DNA of 64,000 nt from Sphaerodactylus townsendi (lineage: Eukaryota): positions 117,428,001-117,492,000 of the forward strand of contig NC_059430.1 of NCBI RefSeq assembly GCF_021028975.2, given 5' to 3'. This document shows positions 11,835 through 44,700 of the stretch, piece by piece. How positions within the stretch are numbered: the stretch's first letter is position 1; each line of letters starts with the position of its first letter. Both the position numbers and the translations under genes were made by a program. Below the pieces are notes generated by a model. That model saw only the letters and a list, made by a program, of their open reading frames with translations. It made no database searches and had not been told where the DNA came from.

Positions 11835-13569
11835 TGTCTCTAAGATTTCCAAGGACCAAGCCATTTGGTAGCTAAAAAAATTATATCTCCTGGCAAATCC
11901 AAACCAGATTATCATGGTGAGATACTTGAGAATGGACTTCCTCCCGCTCTGCTATTTTAGGAGTCTTTATTTTGAAACCTGCATAAGTCCCCAATTCAGG
12001 AGACTGGAGAAACTAATATAGAAGGGATAACCATTTCTTATTACAAACAGGACTTAAGCACATTGGAATAGCAATTTCAACAAATAAAACAAAAAAATGA
12101 CCGCCAGTCCCTGCAGTTTAAGAACACAAAACACACAATTGTATACATAGGAGCAATTAGGGTCACAGTGCATTCTACTGGAGAAAGAGCTGCTTAATTT
12201 AAAACATCTCATTATCAGATATGGCGCCTTTAGGAATGCCTTATTTTGATATTTTTTGCACTCCCAAAGGAGGTGTACAGCCATTGTAACCACCAAGTGC
12301 TTCCATGTATGCTGACAGTAAAGCGACTGTATCTTTAAATTCAACTCTGTTTCATTCAACAGCAAAACAAAAAAAGAACTCATAGATCATAATTGTTCGT
12401 TCCTATGTATACAATTGTATCTTTCTGTACATGTATATTGTTAGTGGTTTGTATTTTTGTAACTTCTTGTATTTACGTGATGTTCGTAGAGCTGTTTTAG
12501 ACAGTAGTGCATTTATTTTCACTTCTTTCAATTCACTTAGTAAAATTAGTCATAATGTGATCGTAAGTTTGTGTGTGTTTGTGTTCTGAAGCAGCAGGAC
12601 TGGTAATAACTATTTCTCCCCTACGCATCTTTTCTCATACAGTGTGTAAACTCCCGCCCATCATGCGGATAGTTATTTGTCCCATAGTGGGAAACATACC
12701 AGTATCATAAAGAAAAAATTACCCCCCCTTTCTCCAGTAGGCTGCCCCCCTATGCATGAAATAGGGCAGCAGGTGGCTTAACCTATGGCGCTTCCCAATG
12801 TTCACATGGACTACTACTCCCATCAGCCCTCAAGCTTGGGGCAATTTTTTAATCTCGGCTATAAAGTGGAATATTATCATCATTTATATTTTGAACCTAA
12901 AAGATAAGTTTCTATTATTCTTTTAATCTGAATGTTTTAACTGTATGTATTTCTGGATGTGTCAGAAGTTTCAGGATGGTTCTTATATTCTCCAGATAGT
13001 TATGGATTCATACTCCCATCAGCCCCTGAGGCAGAGGCTGATGGGAATTGTAGTCCATAACATCTGGAGTGCCAAAGGTTCGCCCCCACGGTTATAGCCA
13101 ATGGCTCAAACAGTAAATGCTACTTGACTTGACATCAGCCCTGATGGGAATTGTGGTCCATGAACATCTGGAGTGCCATAGGTTGGCCACCCCTGAAATA
13201 GGGTCTTGACCCTCTCCTCTTTGAGCCTTGCCTAATACCATTTTACTGCCATTTAAGCAGCAGCCCCATAACATTTTTTTAACCTAGATTTCAAAATGAA
13301 GGAGCAGGCTATTTTTAATGATAGTTTTAACACTGATAATTTTTGTGGTCTTAATTTTAGCACTGTACTGCTTTTACTTAGTGAGCTGCATCAAGCAGAT
13401 CTCTGGAGCAGCAGCCAATACATTTTCACAATACATATAATGCTGATGAGGCCTCAATTGAGCTACAAATAAAAGCGTGGCTGAAAAAGCTAACCTAGCC
13501 TGGAAGCAGACTGGAAAGATTATCTGCTATGCCATGGAAGGAGGGAACATCCAAGGTCCTGGGTAATTG

Positions 13570-13575
13570 TTTATT
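13570..13575 (-). promoter_or_regulatory. PSMC4 polyadenylation signal AATAAA
   Basis: TTTATT on + about 100 nt downstream of the PSMC4 stop codon. Confidence 0.6.
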
Positions 13576-13673
13576 CATTCCTCGGAACACCAAGGGCACA
13601 CAAAATAACACCCCACCCCCACCCCACGAAGGACTGAGACAACCATCCGAGCTCCATCTGGCTTCCCCCAATT

Positions 13674-33297
<19,624 letters not shown>

Positions 33298-33906
33298 TTC
33301 TGACCCTCCAGCCAAGTTCAGGCCAGGAGGCTCCTTGCCGCTTCCGGGAGCAGGTTCCGGAAGCTAACGAAAGGCCTGATGGGAGCTGTAGTCTTTTTTT
33401 TGGTTATGGCCAGGAAGGGACTCTGGAAACGCGCAGAGGCGAAGAATAGAACGAAGCAGGAGTTCGGTAGCGTTTTAAACCCTAACAAATTTTATTTCAT
33501 TTATATTAAAAATGAACGTACCAGAACATTGCTGTTGGGACATTGTTGGGACTTTGGAAAGAAAGCAGGGAGCTTTGTTTTTTTATATAGGACAACAACA
33601 GCGCCAAAAAGGTAAATTTCATTCTATTTCCACAATTGAAGAATGGTGGGTGAAGGCAGAATCAGCAGAAATGGCCAAGCTTACTTCGTTGCTTAAAGAA
33701 AAGGATTTGATTAAATTTTTTGACAATAGAAGCCTGTCAGGGATGGCACCTAGTTGATTGAGATGCATGCATTCCTAACTCAGTGTAGTTGCTACATGAA
33801 ATACGGACGGTGATTGTATCTGGGAGACTGAGATGCATTCCTGTCAATGTAACTGCTTCAAAATATATGTTACCACTGCTGTAATGGGACATGCTTTCCT
33901 TGGTCT

Positions 33907-34130
33907 ATGTATTGTCGAAGGCTTTCACGTCCGGAATCACTGGGGTGCTGTGTGGTTTCCGGGCTATATGGCCGTGTTCTAGCAGCATTCTCTCCTGACG
34001 TTTCGCCTGCATCTGTGGCTGGCATCTTCAGAGGATCCTCTGAAGATGCCAGCCACAGATGCAGGCGAAATGTCAGGAGAGAATGCTGCTAGAACACGGC
34101 CATACAGCCTGGAAACCACAAGCACCCCAG
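33907..34130. mobile_element. Palindromic Penelope-like element terminal fragment
   Basis: Inverted repeat centred on GGATCC (34033-34038); 12-bp TSD TTTCCTTGGTCT. Confidence 0.8.
33993..34035 (-). ncRNA. Minimal type I hammerhead ribozyme (Penelope-type)
   Basis: Minus strand reads UCCU-CUGAAGA-UGCC...GGC-GAAAC-GUC-AGGA: intact catalytic core, stem I UCCU/AGGA, stem II GCC/GGC. Confidence 0.7.
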
Positions 34131-35699
34131 TTTCCTTGGTCTCTTTTTCACGGTTTCACGTGCTTGGTAGAGAACTATGCTTATATCCCTGACACTTTCT
34201 ACTTCCATGGGAACCAGGGTGTTTCCGTTACTCTGTGGGAGTAAGAGTCCAGGTGGCTTTATCTCTATCTGCCACTGATATTGGGGCACTTAGTCTCCCA
34301 GCTAACTCTTCTCACATTCTTTGGGAAAATAGGAGGGGGGATTGTTTTTGAATAAAGGGGCTACCAAAAGCCAGGTTCGCCAGAACTGGCTACTTGTAAG
34401 CTGGGTCCTTCATTGCCTTCCAATAAATTCTTCTGATCAACAATCCAGAGTCTGTTTATTGATTCAAGGATCGAGAGCTAAGGTAGATTATATAGATAAA
34501 AAGCCAAAAAAGAGGCAATGACTAATGGTTTTGAAGGAGTACTTTTAAAAGTAAGGACCATTAAAGAAAAGGGTGATATTTATCTGATAATCAGTAATGT
34601 GTTTATAAAGATATTACTTACTTCAAAACCAAGTATTATTTACAACTAATACTCGAGGCAGAGGAAGTTGGAAGTTCCTTTGATAGATGTATTTATCTAT
34701 ATTTGTAATTTCTGAAACTTTTGTTGGTGTTGTCAAAATGTTTTTAGGTATGAATACAAAATGTAAACAAAATTTATTCCAGCAGAAACAGATGAGTGAA
34801 AAGTTGTTTCATTTGATTCATGGTTTACCTGCATTTGGGGAAAGATTTCTGTTGTTGGTGAAGTTGCAGCAGATTTATGGCCACTCTGTAAAGAGACATT
34901 CACAAGCAAACTCACTGTTACATCTGAGAACCAGCCAGGGACCACTGTGCAGTGGTGTAGCACCCATGGGACAGGAGGGGCACAGCGCCCCAGTCAGAGC
35001 CGTGGCAGAGGTGTGCCAGGGGCGTGCCAGGGCGGGGAGCGCCGTGGCAGGTGCGCAGGGCATAAGTGTTTCCCCACACTCTGCCCCTGCCACTATGTGC
35101 AGCTTCTGAGATCAAGCTGGTCTGGGCTATCTGGGAACGTTTACACTACTATAAATGTGGTTGAACCTTTATGGTGCCACTGGACTGCTGTTTTATTTAG
35201 CAGTGAGTGCACACCTAGAATTATTGCCATGCACTCTTGCAGCCCATGTTAGACCCTTGTTTCAGCATCTGCTTCATCATTGAGTGTACGACTCTGATCT
35301 GGATAACTATGGTTGATTCCCCACTCCTCCACATGAAGCCAGCTGGGGAACCATGGGCCAGTCACAGTTCTTTTCCAGCACTCTCAACAGAAGCAGGCAA
35401 ATGGCCTTGGAAGACCCTACCAGGTCACCATAAATCAGCTGTGACTTGGCAACACATGTATAAACAAAAGTATTAAACTGGGATTCACAATGGTATTGGC
35501 TAAAATCCCATTGCAAATGACTGCTGCTGCACAATATCCAACGACGTGTGGACCCCCCCTTATCCTCTAGCCTTGCTCCCCTTTCTGCCACTCAAAGCCT
35601 CCAAAATGGAGCCCCTAAATCAAAGCCGGATGTTAGGGGGCGTGTCTTCCTCCCTTCCGCCCTGGCATTTTCCCCTCCATAGACCACCCATAGATGCCT

Positions 35700-36057
35700 T
35701 GGAAAGGAGACGAGTTATACTCCCGCCTCTTCCATCGGATTGACAGGCAATCTCGCCAACCCACGGGACCTCTCCGTTACCTAGGTTTTCCCTTTGATTG
35801 ACCTGTTATCATACCAATCCCCATCGCCTACTTTTCCACCGCGAAGGGGTGAGGCTGTTATCCCCAGCCACCCCGCTCCCTATTGTCTCTTGATTGACAG
35901 GCAACCTAACCAATTGTTGCTCTCTTGGCGGGGGGCGGGGGGTGGGCGGATTCTGAGAGCTGACGGCTCCTCCCCTTTATGGTGGCCCTTTAACCGCAGG
36001 TAGGTTGGTGGTTAGCGCCGTTTAGCACAGCGGTGGGGGGAGGGGAGGCCGGCTGAG
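35700..36057 (+). promoter_or_regulatory. CpG-rich promoter and probable non-coding exon 1 of the Myb/SANT-SCAN gene
   Basis: Three TGATTGACAG-N9-CCAAT-type modules, GC box GGGGCGGGG ~35932, donor GAG/GTAACT at 36057/36058. Confidence 0.65.
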
Positions 36058-37384
36058 GTAACTTTTTTACCTCAGAGGGTGGCGGGATGCGGGCGCGGGA
36101 AGAAGCTCGTCCCTCTGAGAGTAGAGATGGAGGGTCCGGCGGGTTTTCTCCTTTGCTTTCCGTGCAGCGCCTGGTCCCCATTTGCCCTTCATCAAAGAGC
36201 ATCCTCCTTCGCTCCAGGCCTCGCTTTCCCCTCAGGGCTCCATTTTCCGAGGATGCTTCCAGTCAGTCGATGCATGCTCCTGTCTCCCCGTCTCCCGCCT
36301 TTCCCCCCTCGAGCCTTTGCATTGTGTGTGTTTCGATGAAAACGATTTCGATCGGGGGAGGGATTTATTATTTATTTTGCTTAAAATATACGATTTACTT
36401 GGGACCGACGGTACCGGATGAACCGGGGTTGTCCGCAGTGTGGAAACAAAACGAAACATCTTGTAATGAAATGGTTTTAATGCTTATATTTGTGTGTGTG
36501 TTTGTATGTGTGTGTATAAATATAAATACAAAAATATCTCCCGAGGGAGATATAGATTATATATATATATAATTTTATTTTTATGATGTATTGATATGTA
36601 AAGCTGCCTCGAGTCCCTCGGGAGATTTGTGGGGTACAAATGACAAGTATAAATAAATACATGAATCATATTTCTTGAATGAGACTTGATGTGTAGGAAG
36701 GGGCAGCTGACTCCCCCTCCACCCCAAGGCATGGAGGGTAAAGAACATCACCTGGTAAATCTCATCCTGTTAAACTTCTGTTAAAGGGATGGGATATTTT
36801 TCTCCAGGCCTGTTGGCAACCTTAGTCTTAGCCTGTTGCATGGGATATTTTTCTCCAGGCCTGTTGGCAACCCTGACTCAACCCTAGTCAGAAGATTGTA
36901 TTTTGAGCCCCTGGTCTTCAAGGGCTTAGAGAGCTGGACTGGAATTTGAGGTCAAATCTCTACTTGAAGCTTACCAAGTGACCATAAACTGACTTCACTT
37001 CTATCATAGGGCTGTGAGGATGAAATAGGTAAGGGATAGTTATGCATATACTTCCTGAAGTCTTTGCAGAAAGGGCAGGATAAAAACTCTTTTAAAAATT
37101 GCAGAGCCCCGCCTGCAAGTTCCTACATAGTCAGATCCCCCCCCCCAAAAAAATGCTGCTTTTTAGAAAGACCTGGTTCATTCACAGTAAGTGCCAGCAG
37201 CCCAGAGGAAAAAATGCTCCTTTAATAGAAACTGAATAGTTTGTGATTTACCTCAGTGTCACAAAAAACTTTCACCTACCCATTTCCTCTTATTAAACCT
37301 ATACTTAAGGGACAGGGCCTTTTCTCTCTCCAGGCTGTTGGCAGCACTACGTTCTGTCTGCCTTGATGCATGGGCTAAGAGAAG

Positions 37385-37660
37385 CAATAGAAGAGGTTTT
37401 GATTTATACCTCCCTTTTCTGTAAAGAGACTCAAAGGAGCTTACAATCACCTTTCCCTTCCTCTCCCCTCAACCTTGTCAGGTAGGTGGGATTAAGAGAG
37501 TTCTGAAGCACTAACTCAAGGTCACCCAGCAGGCTTCCATGTGTAGGAGCAGGAAAACAAATCCAATTCACCAAATAAGAGTCCGTTGCTCAGGTGGAGG
37601 AGTGGGGAATCAAATCTGATTCTCCAGATAAGAGTCTACCTACTTTTTATCACTACACCA
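37385..37660 (-). mobile_element. Older tRNA-derived SINE
   Basis: Reverse complement resembles the Squam3-like SINE (GATTCCCCACTCCTCCAC, CTGGGTGACCTTG). Confidence 0.65.
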
Positions 37661-40224
37661 CACTAGTGCAGTGGGGGATGCAAACAATTCCTTCTTTGGC
37701 TGATTCCTACCAGCAATATGCTCAGGTTATTGTCTGATGTTGCACATACCCCTGGCTTCCAAACCAGTTCATAACTCCGGCTCCCTTTTGTTGTGTTATC
37801 CGACTGTAATTGTATGTGCTTGCAACTTCGTAGGTTTCCAGATCCAGAAAGTCTGACCATCGCTGTCTCAACCAGTTGTTTCACACAGCTGATATGTTTG
37901 TAATTTTGCTTCCACAAAATGTTGGGGTGATGACCGCCTAGGCTTATTGTATTTATACTTTAGTTTCCAGCCAGATATGCTTCTGATGGTATCTCACAGT
38001 TCGAGTGCATAATAAGTTGTTTGATGAGGTCAGGCCTAAGCCTATAAATATTTTAATTAAAATAAAACTAAAACATGGCCTGACCTGCCACTGATGGTTT
38101 TCTCTGAAATCACCTGATCTGGCTGTTTTCTGTCTTATTCCCTCACAGATGTAAGCAACTAGGAATCAGGGCTATTTATTAATATTTTGCGTTTCTTTAT
38201 TACATTGAAATCTTTTCCCCATCAGGGAACCTAAGGGAGCTTGCCTCAGTTTCCCAAAAGCTCTCCCAAGCAGGCAGTAACCAGACCTCAGACCTGCTTA
38301 GTTTCAGCAAGGATCCTGTGTCCTGTGCCTTCCAGTGATTCACTGAAATTCCTTTCAATACAGGGTAAGGAGGAGATGAGGCTTGACAGTAATGGTGAAA
38401 CCTCCATGGAAAGAGGCAACGTATTTCTGAAATAGGAGGTTTTTTGGCCCACAGCGAGGGATGGTTATTGTTTTCATGCTGGGCTTGAGGATTTCTCAGA
38501 GGCATCTAGCTGGCCATGATACAAGATAGAATTGCAGGCTAAATGGATCTTTGAGTTTTATATCCATGCATTAAAAGCTGGGAGTTATTCCTATGGAACA
38601 TTTTAGGATTTATGAGAATGGTAGGCTTGAACCATAAAGCTACTGTTCTGTGCAAGAGGACTGGGCTTCAGTCCATTACACACTAACTTGGAAGTAAGAA
38701 CCAGGGAATGTAGAAGGACTGTTTTGTATTAGGATTTACTAGGGTTGCACTATGAGGCCACGATCCTCTGCACACTGTCTGGGAATAATAAGCTTATGAA
38801 ATACAGTAAGACTCTTGAGCAAATGTGAATGAGTTGTAGGCACACTTACAAGCAAGTGCCATTAAAATAGGCTAGGTTTGCTTTTATGTATGCATAGGAG
38901 TAGGCTCTAAAAAGATAGATAGTTTGTGTTATGTATTTTTAAATAGCATAACACACAGAAGTCACTCACCTTTAAATGAGATATATGTTCTAATTACAAA
39001 ACATTTTGTTATTTAATATAGTCTTACTCTCTTTTTCCTCCCAAGAGCCCAGATGGTAACTTTTTCAAAAAGACATCCAGGCATCTTACAAGGCTGATTT
39101 ATTATCTTCATTCAGGCTGATTTATTATGTGCATCCAGGCTATGATGTGGTCAACACATTTTGCTATTCCTGTGGCCAATTTGCCAGCAGTGAAATATCT
39201 ACAACAGAACTTGTTCTATTAACAGAGCTGTGACATTCCCCCCCTTACTCACTATGTCTCTTTGTCCTTAGAGACTTACGCTAGTTCCATTCTTTTTACA
39301 CGTACATTTTTCATTCCAAATCTTCTCATTTTCCTTCCAAAGCATTTGATTTTAAATGTGTAATTTATCATAATCACAGAATTAGATTTTGTGCTGTGAA
39401 AGAATGCAGGATTTTTGCTGAAAATTCTGTCAGCTAGTTGTTTAGCTGTTGCTTACAGCTAAATACACAACATAGATAGGGTAAGACAGCTGGAATTGTT
39501 TATCTGCTGTTACCCATCATATACTCATGACTTCTTAGCTGTCTCTACCTCCTTTAACCTTCCCATAATCTCTGCTCCCTGATCCCTCCCTGGACATATA
39601 TATGGTGCCAAGTCTTCCTTCAAAGTCCTCCTCAGCCCCCACCTTTTCACTGAGGTCTTTGGCTTAACCCCTTAATCCTCATGGACGGCTGTAACAAAGT
39701 TTAAGCACATATTACTGCACACTGTCATACATCTCTTGCTACACTTGTCTGTCTCAGCCCTCTCCCTCTGTTGTTTTCCCCATAATTAAATTTAGACTGT
39801 TAAGCTCCCTGGGGTCAAATAACTCTTATTTTGCTTCTAAGATTCGAAATCACTAAATGTATATTGATGGGCTGCTTATGTTATAATAATGCATTACTTC
39901 AAGATGTGATATTACACAGAGCAGTGGTTGCCAATGATAGCAAGGGAGTTTTTTTAATAGACCACAGGGTCACTTCTTAGTGAAAAAGTTGATGACTTCA
40001 TTTAGGTCGAGGTAACAATATGTTTACCAGACATATGAGGATATCAGCCACTTCACTGGTTAGGGAAATGCTGATGCAGTCAGAGAAAGGGAAACTTGGC
40101 CTGAAGTGGTATGTGATTGCCTCCCTCCCTCCCCTGCATTTCATGTCAAGCCACTTGCATGAATATGTACAAACATCCTTAGACAAGAGTGTCATCATGA
40201 CCAGGCAAGTTAGTCCTCCTTTTC

Positions 40225-40535
40225 TCTCAGCATGGTGCAGTAGTTAAAAGCAGCAGACTCTAATCTGGAGAACTGGGTTTGATTCCCCACTCCTCCACAT
40301 GAGTAGTGGACTCTAATCTGGTGAACTGGGTTTATTTTCCCCATCTGGTAAACTGGCTTTGTTTCTCCTGTTCCTCCACAAGAAGCCTGCTGGGGAGCTT
40401 GGGCTAGTTATTCTCTCTGCCCCACCTGCCTCACAAGGTGCCTGTTGTAGGGAGAAAAAGGGAAGGCAGATTGGAAGCCACTTTGAGACACCTCATGATG
40501 GAAAAAAGCAGGTATAAAACCAACTCTTTTTCTTC
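40225..40535 (+). mobile_element. Older tRNA-derived SINE
   Basis: TGGTGCAGTAGTTAA box A-like, GGGTTTGATTCCCC box B-like, CCTCACAAGGTG core. Confidence 0.65.
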
Positions 40536-41791
40536 TAAAGAAAAGGCAGCCCTCAGTGCCAGGCAGGCCCAACCAACTTCATTGCTACTGTCTTTTCTTT
40601 AAATGTTGAGCAGTGAAGAAGCAAATGAGCTGTTGGTATAAAAGCAGCTTTAATTCTGTTGAAACAAAATGCCCAATATGGGCTTTCCCTGTAAGAATGA
40701 CTTGTAAGAGTGCCCTGTGCTAAGAGTGCCCTGTTTAACAACCAGTGCCCTGTCAGGCCTGTGTGCATTTATTGTGAGATACAAGACTATAACCAAACCG
40801 AAACTTTTGAGTGCTACTAGCTTCTACTGTGCATCTCCAGATGTTTTGCATTGGAAACCAAGCACTTCTGTAGCAAAGCTTACAAACACAGAAGCAAACT
40901 GTTAACTGAGTGAATGGATTGCAGCCATGGGTTGTTGAACAATGGAGAACTTTCAGTGGATACAAGAAAATGTTGGGTTGTTTCAAATCCCAGTGCTGCC
41001 ATGAAGCTTTCTGGGTAAGCACAGGCACTTGCTGGCTGGCTGTCTAGTCCTCCTCACAGGGTTGTTGAGAAGATAACATTGAGGAAGTCCCATTCTGACT
41101 GCTTTCAAATCCTTGGAAGAAAAGCCGAAGTATAATAAATACTTTTAACCACTAGTCCTGGGCAGGAATGGCAAATATATGTAACTTCCTCTTATCTCAC
41201 TTTTAGACTACTGGGTGTTTAGGGTTTCTCTAGCAGCTTTATTACAGATATTCATGTCTTTTTGAAATTGAATTTCCCCCCACCTAGTAGCACTTGACTC
41301 AGCAAAGCTTGAAGGTTTCTCCAAGCCTTTTCTGAAAGAGTCACAAGTCAGATAATGGCTCCTTAAGTTGGAGGAAGGCTTCAGACTTTGTTGAGTGGGC
41401 ACTAGGATACATGCCAGTCTGATCAGATGTGACCTTGCTTAGTTGAAACTGAATATAGACACCACACCAAAGACTTTTTGCTTGGAATGTTGGCTTATGT
41501 AAATTAAAGCTACATTTCTACAGGAGCAGCAGTTCTTTGATTGCATTTTCTTATGAATTCTGATCCAGGGTGATTCTTCAGCATTGGTATGAATGGGGAA
41601 ACAAAGCTGTTGTGGCTGCCCTAAGTCCCTTGTTTTAGAAGTTGCACAGTTTGTATAATCTCTGTATGGAGGACACATATCATCTAAGGAGGATCGCCTG
41701 CAAGAAGACTGGGAACCCTGAATTTTTTTGCATTTTCTTTTCTGGCATCTGGGCTTCTGGTGTTTGAACTGTCAAAGGCCTGCCCTCTCGC

Positions 41792-44700
41792 ATGTTCACT
41801 TCCACCAGTGAAACACCTTGGTTTGTCTCAAGAACAATGAGGCGCGACAGACCCCAAGAGCGGGCAGCCAGCTGGCCAGCAGAACACATCAAGGTGCTCC
41901 TTGCCCTCTGGACTGAGGCAGCAGTGACTCACGATCTCAGTTCCCACGGGAGGAATCGTGCTGTGTATGACGGCATTTCCCAGCGCCTTGCCGAAATGGG
42001 CATTTACCGGACTGGGGACCAATGCCGGGAGAAAATGAAAGGTCTAAAAGTCGCCTACCGCAAAGCCAAAGAAAACAATTCAGTGGGGCGGCCCCCTATC
42101 AAGTGTCCATTCTATGATGAGATAGACCAGATAATGACACAGTACATCAACTGCAGGCCAGGCTTTCCCTCAGAAACGGGTGAAGGCTCCAGCACCATCG
42201 TGGACAGGCAAGAAGGACTCCCCATCTCAGAGCCCTGGGGGTCCCAATCTGGTATCTCTGAGCGCTGGGGATCCCAGGCCGCAGCACACTGGTTGTCACA
42301 GACTGCTGCCTCTGAAAGTCAAGGGACTGATGAATTCAGCTATGTCCAGGCCGAGTCCCAAGATGCCTTTGGTGAGATCCAAGTCATCCCAGTTCAAGTG
42401 AAGGAGGAGGAATCGGAAGATGAGATATCACCTGAGCTTGGTAAGCTCTTTTGTCTGTTTTGCCTGAGTTTATGTCAACAGGGCCTTTGCTGCAGGACGT
42501 GTCAGGTCGGGCTGACTCCTTGCTCTGTAGAGTGTAGTGTTGGTTCTGTTATTCTGTCATGTTTATTTCATTTGAGCCATTTCCTAAACCTTTAGTCCCT
42601 AAAGCCTCTGACCCATCCTTCCTTTTTTTCATTGGTACCCATGTACGGTGTATCTCAAGAACTGATTCTTTCCTGTCCTGGGATGTCTCACAAGAACTGC
42701 TGTTATTAAAATTCTGCTGCCATCCAATAATCAAATAAAAATATACCTCAGCCTTGCAGACAAGGTACTTTCCCATAAGGACCGTTATTAATTCAAGGGA
42801 CTTTTATGACACCCATTGTGTACTAGGTAGCTTGCTCACTCATCATATCTTAATGCTGTCGCAATTAACAGTTTGTCCGTTTGGACCGCAGGATCCTCCT
42901 TGTGAAGACAGCATATTTTGTGAGTGTTCCTCAGCTGGAATTTGCTGGTCTTTTTTCTTCAAAGTCTAGATATGCCTAGTACTAGCTCTTTGCCCACTAT
43001 TTCTCTATCTGGAAATTTTAGATGAGAATTCAGCATCCAAGCTGGATTGCTAAACAGATCCTATCCAACAGACAGGCAATTTCATACTAACACTTTTTTG
43101 TGTATTCATGGGATCGCTGCAGATGGGGAAGCTGCAAACGGAGAATGTTCTGTTGCAACCAAATCTAATCAACAGGGTATAATGAAAGTTGATATTCTTG
43201 GACTTTTATATGTTAATTTCTCTATCTGATCATGCAATCAGCTTCCCACAATGCTTCAACTCTCCCTGTCTTTGGCTGCTAAAGCCCATTCAAACATTCA
43301 GAGGGGTGGGAGATTCAAATGGTACTTATGAAGCTGTACCATTTTCAGAGAGTCACACTCTGACCATTTCCTCACCTCCCCCCACCCCCAAAAAAGCCAG
43401 GCTGTCTTCCCATTAAATATTAGCTTTCCAAACACAGTGACTTCTGATGTAGATCAGCGCACTTCCATGCTCCGGCATATACACTGAAGCTATTTCATAA
43501 TGTAAACACTGCGTAATGTATTTTCTCTGAAGTTTTGTTCCACTTTTGATCCTTATTAATTTTCTCACTTACCCACTTAGGTTAGCCCGACTGTTAAAAG
43601 TCTTCAGTATTTGTACATAATTGCATTCCTGTGGATGTTTGTTTATATGTATGTGTCCTCTTCTATAGTGATGGAAACACAACCCATGCCAAGGCATCTC
43701 ATCTCCATGCTTGACCAGCGTCCTCACCTCCGAACCCAGAAGCAAAAGGTTCAGGGGGAGGGACCATCAAGCTATCAAAGGGGCGCTGGCCGGAAGTACA
43801 ACAGTTCCCATCACCTGGAGCTGCAGAGAGTGCAGAGACAGGCGGCCAACCAAGCAGAGGAGAAGCAGAGCTTAGCTGAATTCATTCAGCATGACAGGGA
43901 GATGCGCCGGGAGGACCGGGAATTCCAGGCCCAGCTCTTTGAGAAACTTTTTCAGAAGCAAACGGAGCTTGTTCAAGCACTGTCTCAGAGAGCTCCTGTC
44001 AGCCCTGCCTCCACCACCTGTATCAACACCCTGCAGGCCTTGCTGGTGTCTGCAAAGAATGGAGCAGGAACTGCAGCCCATGGTTCCCAGTTACAGGCTT
44101 TGCTAGAACAGATTGTGCAGGCTGAAGCCTCAGAGAAAGGCCTGCCTAGGCTTCCTGTGAAGGACGCCCTTGGGGGAGCCATGAAGGTGCCTCCTGAGGT
44201 GCAGTACTGGACTGCCGAAGAGATACTGAGGTGGCTGCTGTCTCAGCAATCTCCCAGCGACCAGTGCCCAGAGGCATTAGTGACCCCCAGACCAGGGAGT
44301 GTGGCTGGCAAGGGCCGCAACAAAGTCCAGCAGCTCTGTGCTAAAGAGACAGATGCAGATGTCAATGTCGAAACACAGCGCCAGTGCTTCAGGCAGTTCT
44401 GCTACCAGGATGCCTGTGGGCCCCAAGAGGTTTATAGGTGCCTGTGGGACCTTTCGCATCAGTGGCTGAGGCCAGAGGTCCGCACCAAAGAGCAGATCAT
44501 GGAGTTGTTGGTGGTTGAGCAATTTTTGAGTATCCTGCCTGAAGAAATCCAGACCTTGGTACGTGAGTGCCAGCCAGAAAATGGCAAAGAGGCTGTGGCC
44601 CTGGCAGAGAGGTTCCAGCTTCACTTTGAATCCAAGAGGAAACGGGACCAGGTGAGATCATGTTGAGAACTAGTTATTTCTGATTTGGGGAGATAGGAAA

